Below are positions 30,487-39,477 of a DNA stretch of 64,000 bases, in pieces. Source of the stretch: a bacterium (GTDB lineage: Bacteria > Elusimicrobiota > Elusimicrobia > UBA1565 > UBA9628); the NCBI GenBank assembly GCA_021810245.1, contig JAJZJF010000001.1, forward strand, positions 5,582 to 69,581, in the 5' to 3' direction. A program made the translations under genes and the position numbers. A model generated the notes under the pieces. It was not told where the DNA came from and ran no database searches. It saw nothing but the letters and a program-made list of their open reading frames with translations. Each line of letters opens with the position of its first letter. Positions within the stretch are counted from its first letter, which is position 1.

Positions 30487-31946
30487 AACATTTAACTTCG
30501 CTCTCTGCCGCTCAAATCGCAAAAAACGTATCGGATGGAAGCCTGAAGGCCGAAGAAGTCGCCGCCGCTCACTTAAGCCGCATTACATCCGAAGATCCCA
30601 AGGTCAAGGCCTTTATAGCCGTCTTGGAAGAAGACGCGCTTGAAGCCGCCCGTCAAATTGATTCAAAAAGGGCTCAGGGAAAAAAACTCGGCAAATTAGC
30701 CGGAGTTCCCATCGCCATCAAAGACAATATTTTAGTTAAAGGCGTTGAGACCACCTGCGCCTCTAAAATTCTCAAGGGCTTTAAAGCCCCTTACGACGCG
30801 ACCATTATTGAAAAACTCAAACAAGAAGACGCCATCGTTATCGGAAAAACCAATCTCGATGAGTTTGCCATGGGCTCATCCAACGAGAATTCCGCTTTTT
30901 TTAAAACTAGAAATCCCTGGAATTTAGACGCCGTTCCCGGAGGTTCCTCGGGAGGATCAGCCGCGGCGGTCGCAGCCAAAATGGCGCCTTTATCCTTAGG
31001 ATCGGACACCGGAGGATCTATCAGGCAACCCGCCGCATTCTGCGGCTTAGTGGGACTTAAGCCCACCTACGGCCTTGTCTCCAGATACGGCCTTATCGCC
31101 TTTGCCTCGTCTCTTGACCAAATCGGCCCCATGGCCCGAAGCGTCGAAGACGCCGCTCTTTTATTATCCTCTATCGCGGGACACGATTTAAAGGATTCGA
31201 CCTCTTCTCCTCAAGCCCCTACCCATTTTTCGGGAAAGCCGCTTGAAAGCGCCCGCGGGCTTAGAATCGGAATGCCAAGGGAATATTTCGCCGAGGGTCT
31301 TGATCCTGAAATCCGAAAATCCGTTTGGAACGCCGTCAATTTCCTAAAAACCATCGGCGCTGAAGTCAAAGACGTCTCTCTGCCGCATACCGCTTATGCC
31401 GTCGCAACCTATTATATCATCGCGCCATCCGAAGCCGCCTCAAATCTCGCCCGATTTGATGGAGTCCGCTATGGGCGCCGCGCGCAAGACGCTAGAAGCC
31501 TGTCAGAGCTCTACGAAAAAACCCGCGGGGAAGGTTTTGGCCCTGAGGTTAAAAGGCGCATCATGCTGGGAACCTACGCCTTAAGTTCTGGTTATTATGA
31601 CGCCTATTATAACCGCGCGCAAAAAGCGCGAACCTTGATCGCCCAAGACTTTGAAAACGTTTTTAAGGAAGTCGATTTTCTTGCCACCCCCACCACTCCC
31701 ACGGCCGCCTTTAAATTCGGCGAAAAATCTTCCGACCCAGTGGCGATGTATTTATCGGATATCTTTACGATACCTTCTAATCTCGCCGGAAACGCCAGCC
31801 TCTCTATTCCCTGCGGGTTGACCAAAGAGCATTTGCCCATCGGGCTTCAGCTGATCGCGCCGGCCTTTCAAGATGAAAAATTATTGGCGCTCGCGGCCAC
31901 CGTAGAAAAGGCCGTTTGTTTCCCGCAACTCACTGGACACGGATGA
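30483..31946 (+). CDS. gatA: Amidotransferase subunit A
   Basis: Amidase signature GGSSGGSAAAVAA, GSDTGGSIRQPA, SNLARFDG.RYG. Confidence 0.96.
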   Translation: MKHLTSLSAAQIAKNVSDGSLKAEEVAAAHLSRITSEDPKVKAFIAVLEEDALEAARQIDSKRAQGKKLGKLAGVPIAIKDNILVKGVETTCASKILKGFKAPYDATIIEKLKQEDAIVIGKTNLDEFAMGSSNENSAFFKTRNPWNLDAVPGGSSGGSAAAVAAKMAPLSLGSDTGGSIRQPAAFCGLVGLKPTYGLVSRYGLIAFASSLDQIGPMARSVEDAALLLSSIAGHDLKDSTSSPQAPTHFSGKPLESARGLRIGMPREYFAEGLDPEIRKSVWNAVNFLKTIGAEVKDVSLPHTAYAVATYYIIAPSEAASNLARFDGVRYGRRAQDARSLSELYEKTRGEGFGPEVKRRIMLGTYALSSGYYDAYYNRAQKARTLIAQDFENVFKEVDFLATPTTPTAAFKFGEKSSDPVAMYLSDIFTIPSNLAGNASLSIPCGLTKEHLPIGLQLIAPAFQDEKLLALAATVEKAVCFPQLTGHG

Positions 31947-31956
31947 AAACGGACTG

Positions 31957-33120
31957 ATGGAAGCGCCAAAGCAATCAGAATGGAAGCAGCCAATAGAACC
32001 TCCATCAAGAGAGGCGCCAACAAGTACACCGCTAGTGCACAGGGCCTCTCCCACGGCACAGGGCTACTTGTTTGAGGATAATTCGCCTCCTCATATGCCG
32101 TCAGTGCAGTTTCTTGGCAATAAGGAAAAATTATTGCCTTGGATTTTTAGTTTCGTGCCAACTTCAACTTTACAGAAACCCTTGCGTTTCCTTGATGGTT
32201 TTTCCGGTTCAGCCGTAGTATCATATGAAGCCAAGCGCAGAGGATTTCAGGTCACTAGTAATGATCTATTGCAATCGTGTTGGCAATCGGCGGCAGGCCT
32301 AATAGAAAACGGGACAAATACGCTCTCATTGGCGAAAGCAGAGCGTTTATTCGAGCGCCCCACTGGGGCAAGCGAAATGATGAGACGCCTATTCGCCGGA
32401 CGATTTTTTACGGAATCCGAAGCTGGGTTGCTGGATTCCTTCCGATCCAACGTAGAAATATTGCCGGCGGCTACACAAGCGCTCGCGATGGCGGTGATGA
32501 ATCGCGCTTTAACGCGAAAAATTTTGATGGGGCATTTTGCCCATTGCCAAGCGTTAAGATATGCCGCCGATCCCACGCGAATTCGGCGTAATCCTAGTAT
32601 TGCTAAACCTATTCAGCAATTGTTCTTTGATCTCCTGCCAGAGTTTAATCAAGCGGTATTTGATAATGGTTTAGCGCATCGCGCGCATAACATGGATTTG
32701 CTGGAGTTATTGCATGATGAAGCAGATTTTGATGTGGCATATTTTGATCCGCCATACTGCATGAGTCATAGCGATTACCAATCGTTCTACCACCTATTAG
32801 AGACCTTTTCGCGCCGATGGACGAACAAAGAATTTGTTGGGGGCACTAATCGATACTGGCCTCCTCTAGGCACCGACTTTGACAAAAAAGCGACAGTAAT
32901 TGATGCCTTCGGTAGACTGTTCAAATTAGCGGCTCCCATTCCATTATGGCTGATCTCATACAACGACAGAAGCTATCCCAATGTGGAAATGTTTCATAAC
33001 CTATTATTGGCGACCGGACGAACGATAGAAGTTCATCGTTATCAATACCAAAATAGCCGCGGCGGAAAAGGTTCGGTTAAGGGCTCTCACGAAATTTTGT
33101 TTGTGGCGCGCAATGAATAA
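31957..33120 (+). CDS. N6-adenine DNA methyltransferase (Dam/D12-like)
   Basis: FLGNKEKLL, DGFSGSAVV, YFDPPY, ISYN; start may be the later MPSVQF. Confidence 0.88.
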   Translation: MEAPKQSEWKQPIEPPSREAPTSTPLVHRASPTAQGYLFEDNSPPHMPSVQFLGNKEKLLPWIFSFVPTSTLQKPLRFLDGFSGSAVVSYEAKRRGFQVTSNDLLQSCWQSAAGLIENGTNTLSLAKAERLFERPTGASEMMRRLFAGRFFTESEAGLLDSFRSNVEILPAATQALAMAVMNRALTRKILMGHFAHCQALRYAADPTRIRRNPSIAKPIQQLFFDLLPEFNQAVFDNGLAHRAHNMDLLELLHDEADFDVAYFDPPYCMSHSDYQSFYHLLETFSRRWTNKEFVGGTNRYWPPLGTDFDKKATVIDAFGRLFKLAAPIPLWLISYNDRSYPNVEMFHNLLLATGRTIEVHRYQYQNSRGGKGSVKGSHEILFVARNE

Positions 33121-34198
33121 ATTTGAACATTGGTTGAAATGTTACGAAACGGATGATTTATTGCCGTTTACAGAGAACGCCGACGCTTTGCTTTGGTTAA
33201 AACTCAAATCCATTGCGCGAAGAGAATACCTGAATGGGTTTTTGCATTACAGTGGGGTAAAATTAAAACAGGGCACGTTAAGAGAGCAATGGCGAGAGCT
33301 GTTTATTGCATTACATCAGCGACATGATGCGCATTCATTGCTGGACGCTTTTATTCGCGAGCAAGATCGCCGCATAGCGTTAGCTTTACCTGTTCAGCAA
33401 CTAGTTTCCGAACTTTATAAAATGCGTTCCTTTGACTGGGGCGGAAACTATCAGAATAATTTAGACCGTTTCTTGGTGGATCGCTATATCAAGAATATTC
33501 CGTCGTTTGATATTCTTTCGTCCAAGATGCAAACAGAAATTGCGGCGAGCGTTTCCGGCTATGTGTTGTGCTCATGGTATAACCACTGGTCATCCATTTT
33601 AATCGAGCATTTATTCAAGCAATCCCCAAAAGTCCTGCCGACAATCGGCATGATAAAAAAAGTTGATTTTTTTGTTGATCAAGTGCCGTTCGATCTAAAG
33701 GTAACTTATCTGCCACAGGGTTACATCTCAGAGCAACGCAAGGCGATGGGACTAAAGCCTGAACTAACGGAGCTAAAAGAATATGCGCGCGCTGAAAAGA
33801 TATCTTTCGATAAAACCGTCGACGGCCCAACGCAAACATATGAGATTACACAAAAATTACTTGATGTGGGAAGTTCTAATGCAGGACAGATTCAGCGCAT
33901 CAGGACTCTCATTCTAAAGCAGGCAATGAAATCGCCAAAACTCTTGGCACGTTGGTTATATGAAAATCAAGGCGAACGCCGATTTGACGCTTCAAATCGC
34001 ATTTTTCTAGTTATGGTGGATACCACAGATTGGGATGCAAGTTGGAAACTAAAACGAAATTTAGGCGCGCTTAAGCCATCAATTGATGGCTGGATTAATT
34101 CGTTTGACCGCAAGAAGTTAGAACGTTTGAAGATGGAATTTAGTTTCGCAGGAAAACCATATGGGTGTTTTTCTGACGTTATCTTTATTGTGCGATAA
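33113..34198 (+). CDS. Putative type II restriction endonuclease
   Basis: Overlaps the MTase stop; VD...FDLKVT PD-(D/E)xK-like motif; WLYENQGERRF. Confidence 0.65.
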   Translation: MNKFEHWLKCYETDDLLPFTENADALLWLKLKSIARREYLNGFLHYSGVKLKQGTLREQWRELFIALHQRHDAHSLLDAFIREQDRRIALALPVQQLVSELYKMRSFDWGGNYQNNLDRFLVDRYIKNIPSFDILSSKMQTEIAASVSGYVLCSWYNHWSSILIEHLFKQSPKVLPTIGMIKKVDFFVDQVPFDLKVTYLPQGYISEQRKAMGLKPELTELKEYARAEKISFDKTVDGPTQTYEITQKLLDVGSSNAGQIQRIRTLILKQAMKSPKLLARWLYENQGERRFDASNRIFLVMVDTTDWDASWKLKRNLGALKPSIDGWINSFDRKKLERLKMEFSFAGKPYGCFSDVIFIVR

Positions 34199-34204
34199 TT
34201 CTAA

Positions 34205-34612
34205 ATGGATAAAGAACAATCGGCGGGTGGAGTTCTCAGTAAAAATGGCAAGCTCATGCTAGTCCGCGTCAAGAATCTCATGGGAGAAAAAGTTTGGACT
34301 TTTCCGAAAGGGCATATCGAAAAAAACGAGACCCCTCGGAAAGCCGCTCTCAGAGAGGTTTGGGAAGAGACTGGCTGGGAATGCAAAATTATCCGCCCCC
34401 TTTTTCTCGCCCGCTATAGTTTTGAGAGAAACGGCAAGCCGGTCTCTAAAACCGTCCGCTGGTATCTCATGGAACCGCTTTTAAAATCAGGACGCCCGAT
34501 GGCGGGCGAAATTTTTTCGGCCCAATGGCTGAGTCCTAAACTCGCCGAAAAAAGGCTTAAATACAAATCGGACCTCAAACTTTTAAGCCTCTGGAAAAAA
34601 CTAGCTCAATGA
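34205..34612 (+). CDS. NUDIX hydrolase
   Basis: PKGHIE..ETPRKAALREVWEETG Nudix box. Confidence 0.9.
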   Translation: MDKEQSAGGVLSKNGKLMLVRVKNLMGEKVWTFPKGHIEKNETPRKAALREVWEETGWECKIIRPLFLARYSFERNGKPVSKTVRWYLMEPLLKSGRPMAGEIFSAQWLSPKLAEKRLKYKSDLKLLSLWKKLAQ

Positions 34613-36054
34613 TAGAACGGAAGGAAACCATGACAGAATCTTTTGATATGGTCGTCGGACTCGAAGTCCATGTGCAACTCGCAACAAAAACAAAACTTTT
34701 TTGCGCCTGTTCCAATGACGGTTTTGGCGCTCCCCCCAATAGCCGGGTTTGTCCGGTCTGCACCGGCCAGCCCGGGGCCTTGCCGGTTCTTAACAAAAAA
34801 GCCGTGGAATTGGCTTTCAAGGCGGCTTTGGCTTTAAATGGGAAGCTCGCGCACAAATCCATTTTCGCGCGCAAAAATTATTTCTATCCCGATCTGCCAA
34901 AGGCCTATCAAATCTCCCAATATGACGAACCTTTTTGTTTGGGCGGAGAAGTCCCCTTGCGCCTCAAAGGCGGAAAAATGAAAATCGTCGAATTGGCACG
35001 CATCCATATGGAAGAAGACGCGGGAAAGCTTCTCCATGCCATCGGGTCCCAAGCCTTGAATTATTCCTTGGTTGATTTCAACCGCGGCGGGGTTCCCCTC
35101 ATTGAAATCGTCTCAAAGCCCGAAATTTTTTCAAGCGATGAGGCCTACGCTTATCTGACCGGCCTCAAAGAAATTCTTCAATATGCCCGCGTTTCCAACT
35201 GCGACATGGAGAAAGGCGAGATGAGATGCGACGCCAACATTTCTTTAAGACCAAAAGGTTCTACCAAACTTGGCACGCGAGCCGAAATCAAAAATCTCAA
35301 TTCATTTAAAAACGTCAAAGACGCCTTGGAATATGAACTTCTGCGCCAAGCCGATGTTCTTTCCTCAGGCGGTAAAATTATCCAGGAAACGCGGCTTTGG
35401 AACGGGAAAGAAACCGTCTCAATGCGCTCAAAAGAAGAAGCCCACGATTATCGCTATTTCCCCGATCCGGATCTGGTCCCCATAGACCTTTCTCCTGAAT
35501 GGATCGAAAAACTTAAGTCCGAGATTCCAGAACTTCCGCAATCCCGCCGCGCGCGCTTTGTTTCGGATTACCATTTATCCCCATATGAAGCCGAGGTCTT
35601 GGTCTCAGATCAAAGAACATCGGATTATTTTATCGAGGTTTTGAAGTTTCCTGAAGCTCAAAATGACGCGGGAGTGTTAGCCAAACTCATCATGAATATC
35701 CCTGATTTTGATCCCATTTTGCCGGAACAGATGGCCTCTCTCGTTGGCCTTTGCCATCAAAAAACCATCACCCTCAATCAGGCCAAAGAAATTTATCCCG
35801 AAATTCTCAAATCAAAAAAAGACCCGAAGATTCTAGTGGAAGAGAAAGGCTTAGCCCAGGTTTTAGACGAAAAAATTTTACGGGATTGGGTGCGAGAGGC
35901 TCTGGCCGCAAACCCAAAGGCGATATCGGATATCAAGGGCGGCAAAAAACAAGCCGCAGGGGCCTTGGTCGGGGCGGTGATGAAATTATCCAAGGGCAAA
36001 GCCAATCCCGCCTTGGTCAACAAACTCATATTCGAGGGGATTGACAAAGCGTAA
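34609..36054 (+). CDS. gatB: Amidotransferase subunit B
   Basis: VGLEVHVQL.TKTKLFC, YFYPDLPKAYQISQ, DYRYFPDPDL. Confidence 0.96.
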   Translation: MIERKETMTESFDMVVGLEVHVQLATKTKLFCACSNDGFGAPPNSRVCPVCTGQPGALPVLNKKAVELAFKAALALNGKLAHKSIFARKNYFYPDLPKAYQISQYDEPFCLGGEVPLRLKGGKMKIVELARIHMEEDAGKLLHAIGSQALNYSLVDFNRGGVPLIEIVSKPEIFSSDEAYAYLTGLKEILQYARVSNCDMEKGEMRCDANISLRPKGSTKLGTRAEIKNLNSFKNVKDALEYELLRQADVLSSGGKIIQETRLWNGKETVSMRSKEEAHDYRYFPDPDLVPIDLSPEWIEKLKSEIPELPQSRRARFVSDYHLSPYEAEVLVSDQRTSDYFIEVLKFPEAQNDAGVLAKLIMNIPDFDPILPEQMASLVGLCHQKTITLNQAKEIYPEILKSKKDPKILVEEKGLAQVLDEKILRDWVREALAANPKAISDIKGGKKQAAGALVGAVMKLSKGKANPALVNKLIFEGIDKA

Positions 36055-36069
36055 TTTTAGGGATATACT
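36041..36069 (+). promoter_or_regulatory. Near-consensus sigma70 promoter of the pilin gene
   Basis: TTGACA-17 bp-TATACT. Confidence 0.7.
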
Positions 36070-36158
36070 CTTTGACAAGCAGGTCATGGGTGACAGAATT
36101 CGCCGATACGGCTATTTTTCCCCGTGATTCATTATAACGGCGAAAAGGGGGTCATACC

Positions 36159-36623
36159 ATGAAGGAAACAAAAGCAGTGAAAGGAGCGCGGGCTTCGGGA
36201 TTCACGCTCATTGAACTAATGATCGTGGTCGCTATTATCGGTATTTTGGCGGCTATCGCCATACCGAAGTTCGCGAATCTTATCAGGCAGTCTCAAGAAG
36301 GAGCGACGAAAGGAAACCTGTCAGGGATCCGCTCGGCGTTGAGCATCTATTACGGAGATAACACCGGAGTTTATCCGACGGATCTCCCAGGGCTCACCGT
36401 CAACGGAAAGTATCTGTCGGTCATCCCGAACGCGACCATTCCTCCGTATCACACGGCCACTTCCCTTGATGTCAACGAGGCGACATCTGGCGGCGGCCCT
36501 GGAGCGGCAACTGATAATGGAGAATGGCTCTACGACAGCCTTTCAACCGATGGCAATTACGGTGGAGTATGGGTGAGTTGCACACACACCGATACCCATG
36601 GGACAACCTGGACGACCTATTAA
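36159..36623 (+). CDS. Type IV pilin / pseudopilin
   Basis: Class III signal peptide G|FTLIELMIVVAIIGILAAIAIP. Confidence 0.9.
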   Translation: MKETKAVKGARASGFTLIELMIVVAIIGILAAIAIPKFANLIRQSQEGATKGNLSGIRSALSIYYGDNTGVYPTDLPGLTVNGKYLSVIPNATIPPYHTATSLDVNEATSGGGPGAATDNGEWLYDSLSTDGNYGGVWVSCTHTDTHGTTWTTY

Positions 36624-36646
36624 TTCTGAGTTAAACCAGACAGGTC

Positions 36647-36680
36647 AAGGGCCCCTCCCCAAGAGGGGCCCTTCTTCTTA
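36647..36680 (+). terminator. Hairpin terminator after the pilin gene
   Basis: AAGGGCCCCTC-cccaa-GAGGGGCCCTT, followed by a weak pyrimidine tail. Confidence 0.6.
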
Positions 36681-36683
36681 ACG

Positions 36684-37493
36684 ATGATTAAATCTCTGAT
36701 CACTCAACAAAGCCGTCTTCATATCTCTCATTGGGGCGGAACGGGAAGGCCCATCCTCTTGGTTCATGGACTTGCCGGAAGCGTGTCTTGGTGGGACCAG
36801 GTATGTCCATTACTCAAAGACGATTTTGAAGTCGCGGCCCTAGACCTCTCGGGACACGGAGACAGCGCTTGGTCTAAAGACGGACAATACGCGATGGATT
36901 TATTTCTATCGAATATCGACGAAGCCAAAGAATTTCTCAACTGGGAAAAATTTATTCTCGTGGGCCACTCCTTGGGAGCCCGAATCAGCGTCGAATACGC
37001 CTCCCGCGCGAGCCCTTCTTTAGAAGGCCTCATCGCCATTGATTTCATGCCTCGCGTAAAAGAGTCTAGTCCAAGATTCTCAAAACTCGCTGGATTGCGC
37101 CAACCCGTTTTTTCAAGTCAAGAAGCGATGATCAGCCGCTTTCATCTGCAACCACGAGGAACAAATCTTTCCGAACCAGAAATGAAAGAATTGGCTAAAA
37201 AGTTAATCATGCCTTGGAAAAACGGCTTTAGCTGGAAATGCGATTGGAGAGCTTTTTTAACCCGTTACGATTCTGTCTGGCCGCTTTTACCCCGGATTCA
37301 AACGCCCAGCTTAATCATCCGTGGAGAGTTCAGCCCCATCATGGACCGGGAAGACATTGAAAAAGTCTGCCAGCAAATAGCCAGAAGCGAATCGCTAGAA
37401 ATTCCGGGCGCTTACCATCACGTGCCTCTCGACGCGCCAGAAAAGACAGCGGAAGCAATTTTTCATTTCACACAGAAACTGGTTTCTCTATGA
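36684..37493 (+). CDS. Alpha/beta hydrolase
   Basis: LVHG, DLSGHG, GHSLGA, GAYHH. Confidence 0.88.
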   Translation: MIKSLITQQSRLHISHWGGTGRPILLVHGLAGSVSWWDQVCPLLKDDFEVAALDLSGHGDSAWSKDGQYAMDLFLSNIDEAKEFLNWEKFILVGHSLGARISVEYASRASPSLEGLIAIDFMPRVKESSPRFSKLAGLRQPVFSSQEAMISRFHLQPRGTNLSEPEMKELAKKLIMPWKNGFSWKCDWRAFLTRYDSVWPLLPRIQTPSLIIRGEFSPIMDREDIEKVCQQIARSESLEIPGAYHHVPLDAPEKTAEAIFHFTQKLVSL

Positions 37494-37942
37494 TGGAGTC
37501 TCACTTTGTCGCCACAGGATATGTCGTTAAAAATGGGAAAACCCTTCTTTTGCTCCATAAGAAATTAGGATTTTGGCTCCCGCCCGGAGGGCACATTGAA
37601 GAAAATGAAAATCCGATTAAAGCTCTCCTGCGGGAAGTGCGGGAAGAAACCGGACTTAAAGTTAAAATTCTATCGCCCTTGATTTCCCCTCCTCCCAAGG
37701 AAAAAGACGTCAAGTTTCTTAACGTTCCCAATCACTTTCAGATGGAAACATTGCCCGGGCACGGAATTCATTTTGATCTCGTCTATTTTTGCAAACCCAT
37801 CGGAGGCCGGGAAAAGTTTTCCATCCAAGAAAGCCGCGACATGAAATGGTTCTCTCCCAAAGATCTGGCTTTGCCTCAAATACGCGATGAAGTCAGGCGC
37901 GTGGCCCTTCAAGCCATTAATTACGTCAAAAAAGCCCGATAA
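37490..37942 (+). CDS. NUDIX hydrolase
   Basis: PGGHIEENE...ALLREVREETG. Confidence 0.9.
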   Translation: MMESHFVATGYVVKNGKTLLLLHKKLGFWLPPGGHIEENENPIKALLREVREETGLKVKILSPLISPPPKEKDVKFLNVPNHFQMETLPGHGIHFDLVYFCKPIGGREKFSIQESRDMKWFSPKDLALPQIRDEVRRVALQAINYVKKAR

Positions 37943-37989
37943 ACTCCTAGAAATAGCCATCTTGGCGGGATTTTTGCTAATCTAAAATA

Positions 37990-39093
37990 ATGACTGGGCA
38001 AGCTCCCGTTTCACTTCTTAAAAAAACTCCACTCAATCAACTCCACAAAAACCATGCGGCCAAGATGGTCGACTTTTTCGGCTGGGAGCTTCCGCTCTAT
38101 TTTGAGAGTATCCTAAAAGAACACGAGTCCGTCCGCTCCCGTTGCGGGATTTTTGACGTTTCCCATATGGGACGACTCAAAATAGAAGGCCCCTCAACGC
38201 TTGAGCTTCTCCAAAAAACTAATACCAATGATATTTCCTCGTTAAAACCCGGCCAAGCCCTTTATTCCCATATGCCAAGCGAGAGCGGAGGGATCATCGA
38301 CGATTTAATCGTCAGCTGTCTGAGCCCTAATCATTATTATGCGGTGGTCAACGCCTCCAGAATTGACGCCGATAAAGAATGGATCGAGAAAAACAACTCC
38401 CAGGGGGTTGTCATCGCCGATCAAAGCCCCGAGACCGCCATGATCGCGGTTCAAGGTCCGATGGCAGAAGAGATTCTTTCCCGGCATTTGAAATTTAAAG
38501 AAGCTCAAAGCCTTCCAAGATTTGGAGTCATTCAAACAGAGATTCTCAATTGCCAAACTCTTATCAGCCGCACGGGATATACGGGAGAAGACGGATTTGA
38601 AATCGTCGTTTCATCTCAAGAGGCTCCTTCCCTTTGGCGCGCGCTTATCTCGGGCGGCGCTACTCCCTGCGGACTAGCCGCGCGCGACACCTTAAGGCTT
38701 GAAGCCGGGCTTCTTTTATACGGACAAGACATGAACGAAGAGACCTCAAGCCTTGAGGCCAATTGCGCCTGGCTCGTCAAATTTGAAAAAGATTTTATCG
38801 GAAAAAACGCCCTCTTAAACCAGAAAACCCGCGGGCTGACCCGCCGACTCTGCGGCGTCAAATTGATGGATAAGGGGGTTCCGCGCCACGGAAACGAAGT
38901 CTTTTTAGGCGAAAGCCAAGCGGGAATTTTGACCAGCGCGACATTTTCCCCGACATTAAAAACCGGAATCGGACTCGCTTATCTTCCCGCCAGCGTCAAG
39001 GCGGGAGAAAAGCTTTTTGTCTTGGTTCACGGCCGTAAAATTCCGGCCCAGGCCGCGCCGATTCAATTCTACAAAGGAAAAATCCATGCCTAA
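37990..39093 (+). CDS. gcvT: Glycine cleavage system T protein
   Basis: FDVSHMG, RTGYTGEDGFE, GLAARDTLRLEAG. Confidence 0.95.
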   Translation: MTGQAPVSLLKKTPLNQLHKNHAAKMVDFFGWELPLYFESILKEHESVRSRCGIFDVSHMGRLKIEGPSTLELLQKTNTNDISSLKPGQALYSHMPSESGGIIDDLIVSCLSPNHYYAVVNASRIDADKEWIEKNNSQGVVIADQSPETAMIAVQGPMAEEILSRHLKFKEAQSLPRFGVIQTEILNCQTLISRTGYTGEDGFEIVVSSQEAPSLWRALISGGATPCGLAARDTLRLEAGLLLYGQDMNEETSSLEANCAWLVKFEKDFIGKNALLNQKTRGLTRRLCGVKLMDKGVPRHGNEVFLGESQAGILTSATFSPTLKTGIGLAYLPASVKAGEKLFVLVHGRKIPAQAAPIQFYKGKIHA

Positions 39094-39475
39094 AAACGAA
39101 GAATGCCGTTATATGAAATCCCACGAGTGGGCTTATATGGACGGAACAGAGGCTCTCGTTGGAATCTCCGATCACGCCCAAAAAGAAATCACAGACATCG
39201 TCTTTGTCGAAACGCCCAAGTTGGGGCGCAAGGTTTCTTCGGGAGAATCCGTCGCGACAGTTGAATCGGTCAAAGCCGCTTTCGATATTTATAGCCCTCT
39301 CTCGGGAGAAATTTCCGCCGTCAACCCGGAGATAAGCAAAGATCCAGCTATCGTCAATAAAGACCCGCATGGACAAGGCTGGCTTTTCCGCATCAGGCCT
39401 TCCCGCAAGGAAGAGCTGAACTCTCTCATGGATTGGGAGCAGTATCAGGAGTTTCTCAAGACCCAGAAGCATTAA
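39086..39475 (+). CDS. gcvH: Glycine cleavage system H protein
   Basis: SHEW, GISDHAQ, VESVKAA lipoyl lysine. Confidence 0.95.
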   Translation: MPKNEECRYMKSHEWAYMDGTEALVGISDHAQKEITDIVFVETPKLGRKVSSGESVATVESVKAAFDIYSPLSGEISAVNPEISKDPAIVNKDPHGQGWLFRIRPSRKEELNSLMDWEQYQEFLKTQKH

Positions 39476-39477
39476 AT

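Noticed and set aside
37943..37989. Glycine riboswitch upstream of gcvT
   Set aside because: The intergenic gap is only 47 nt and has no aptamer motif.
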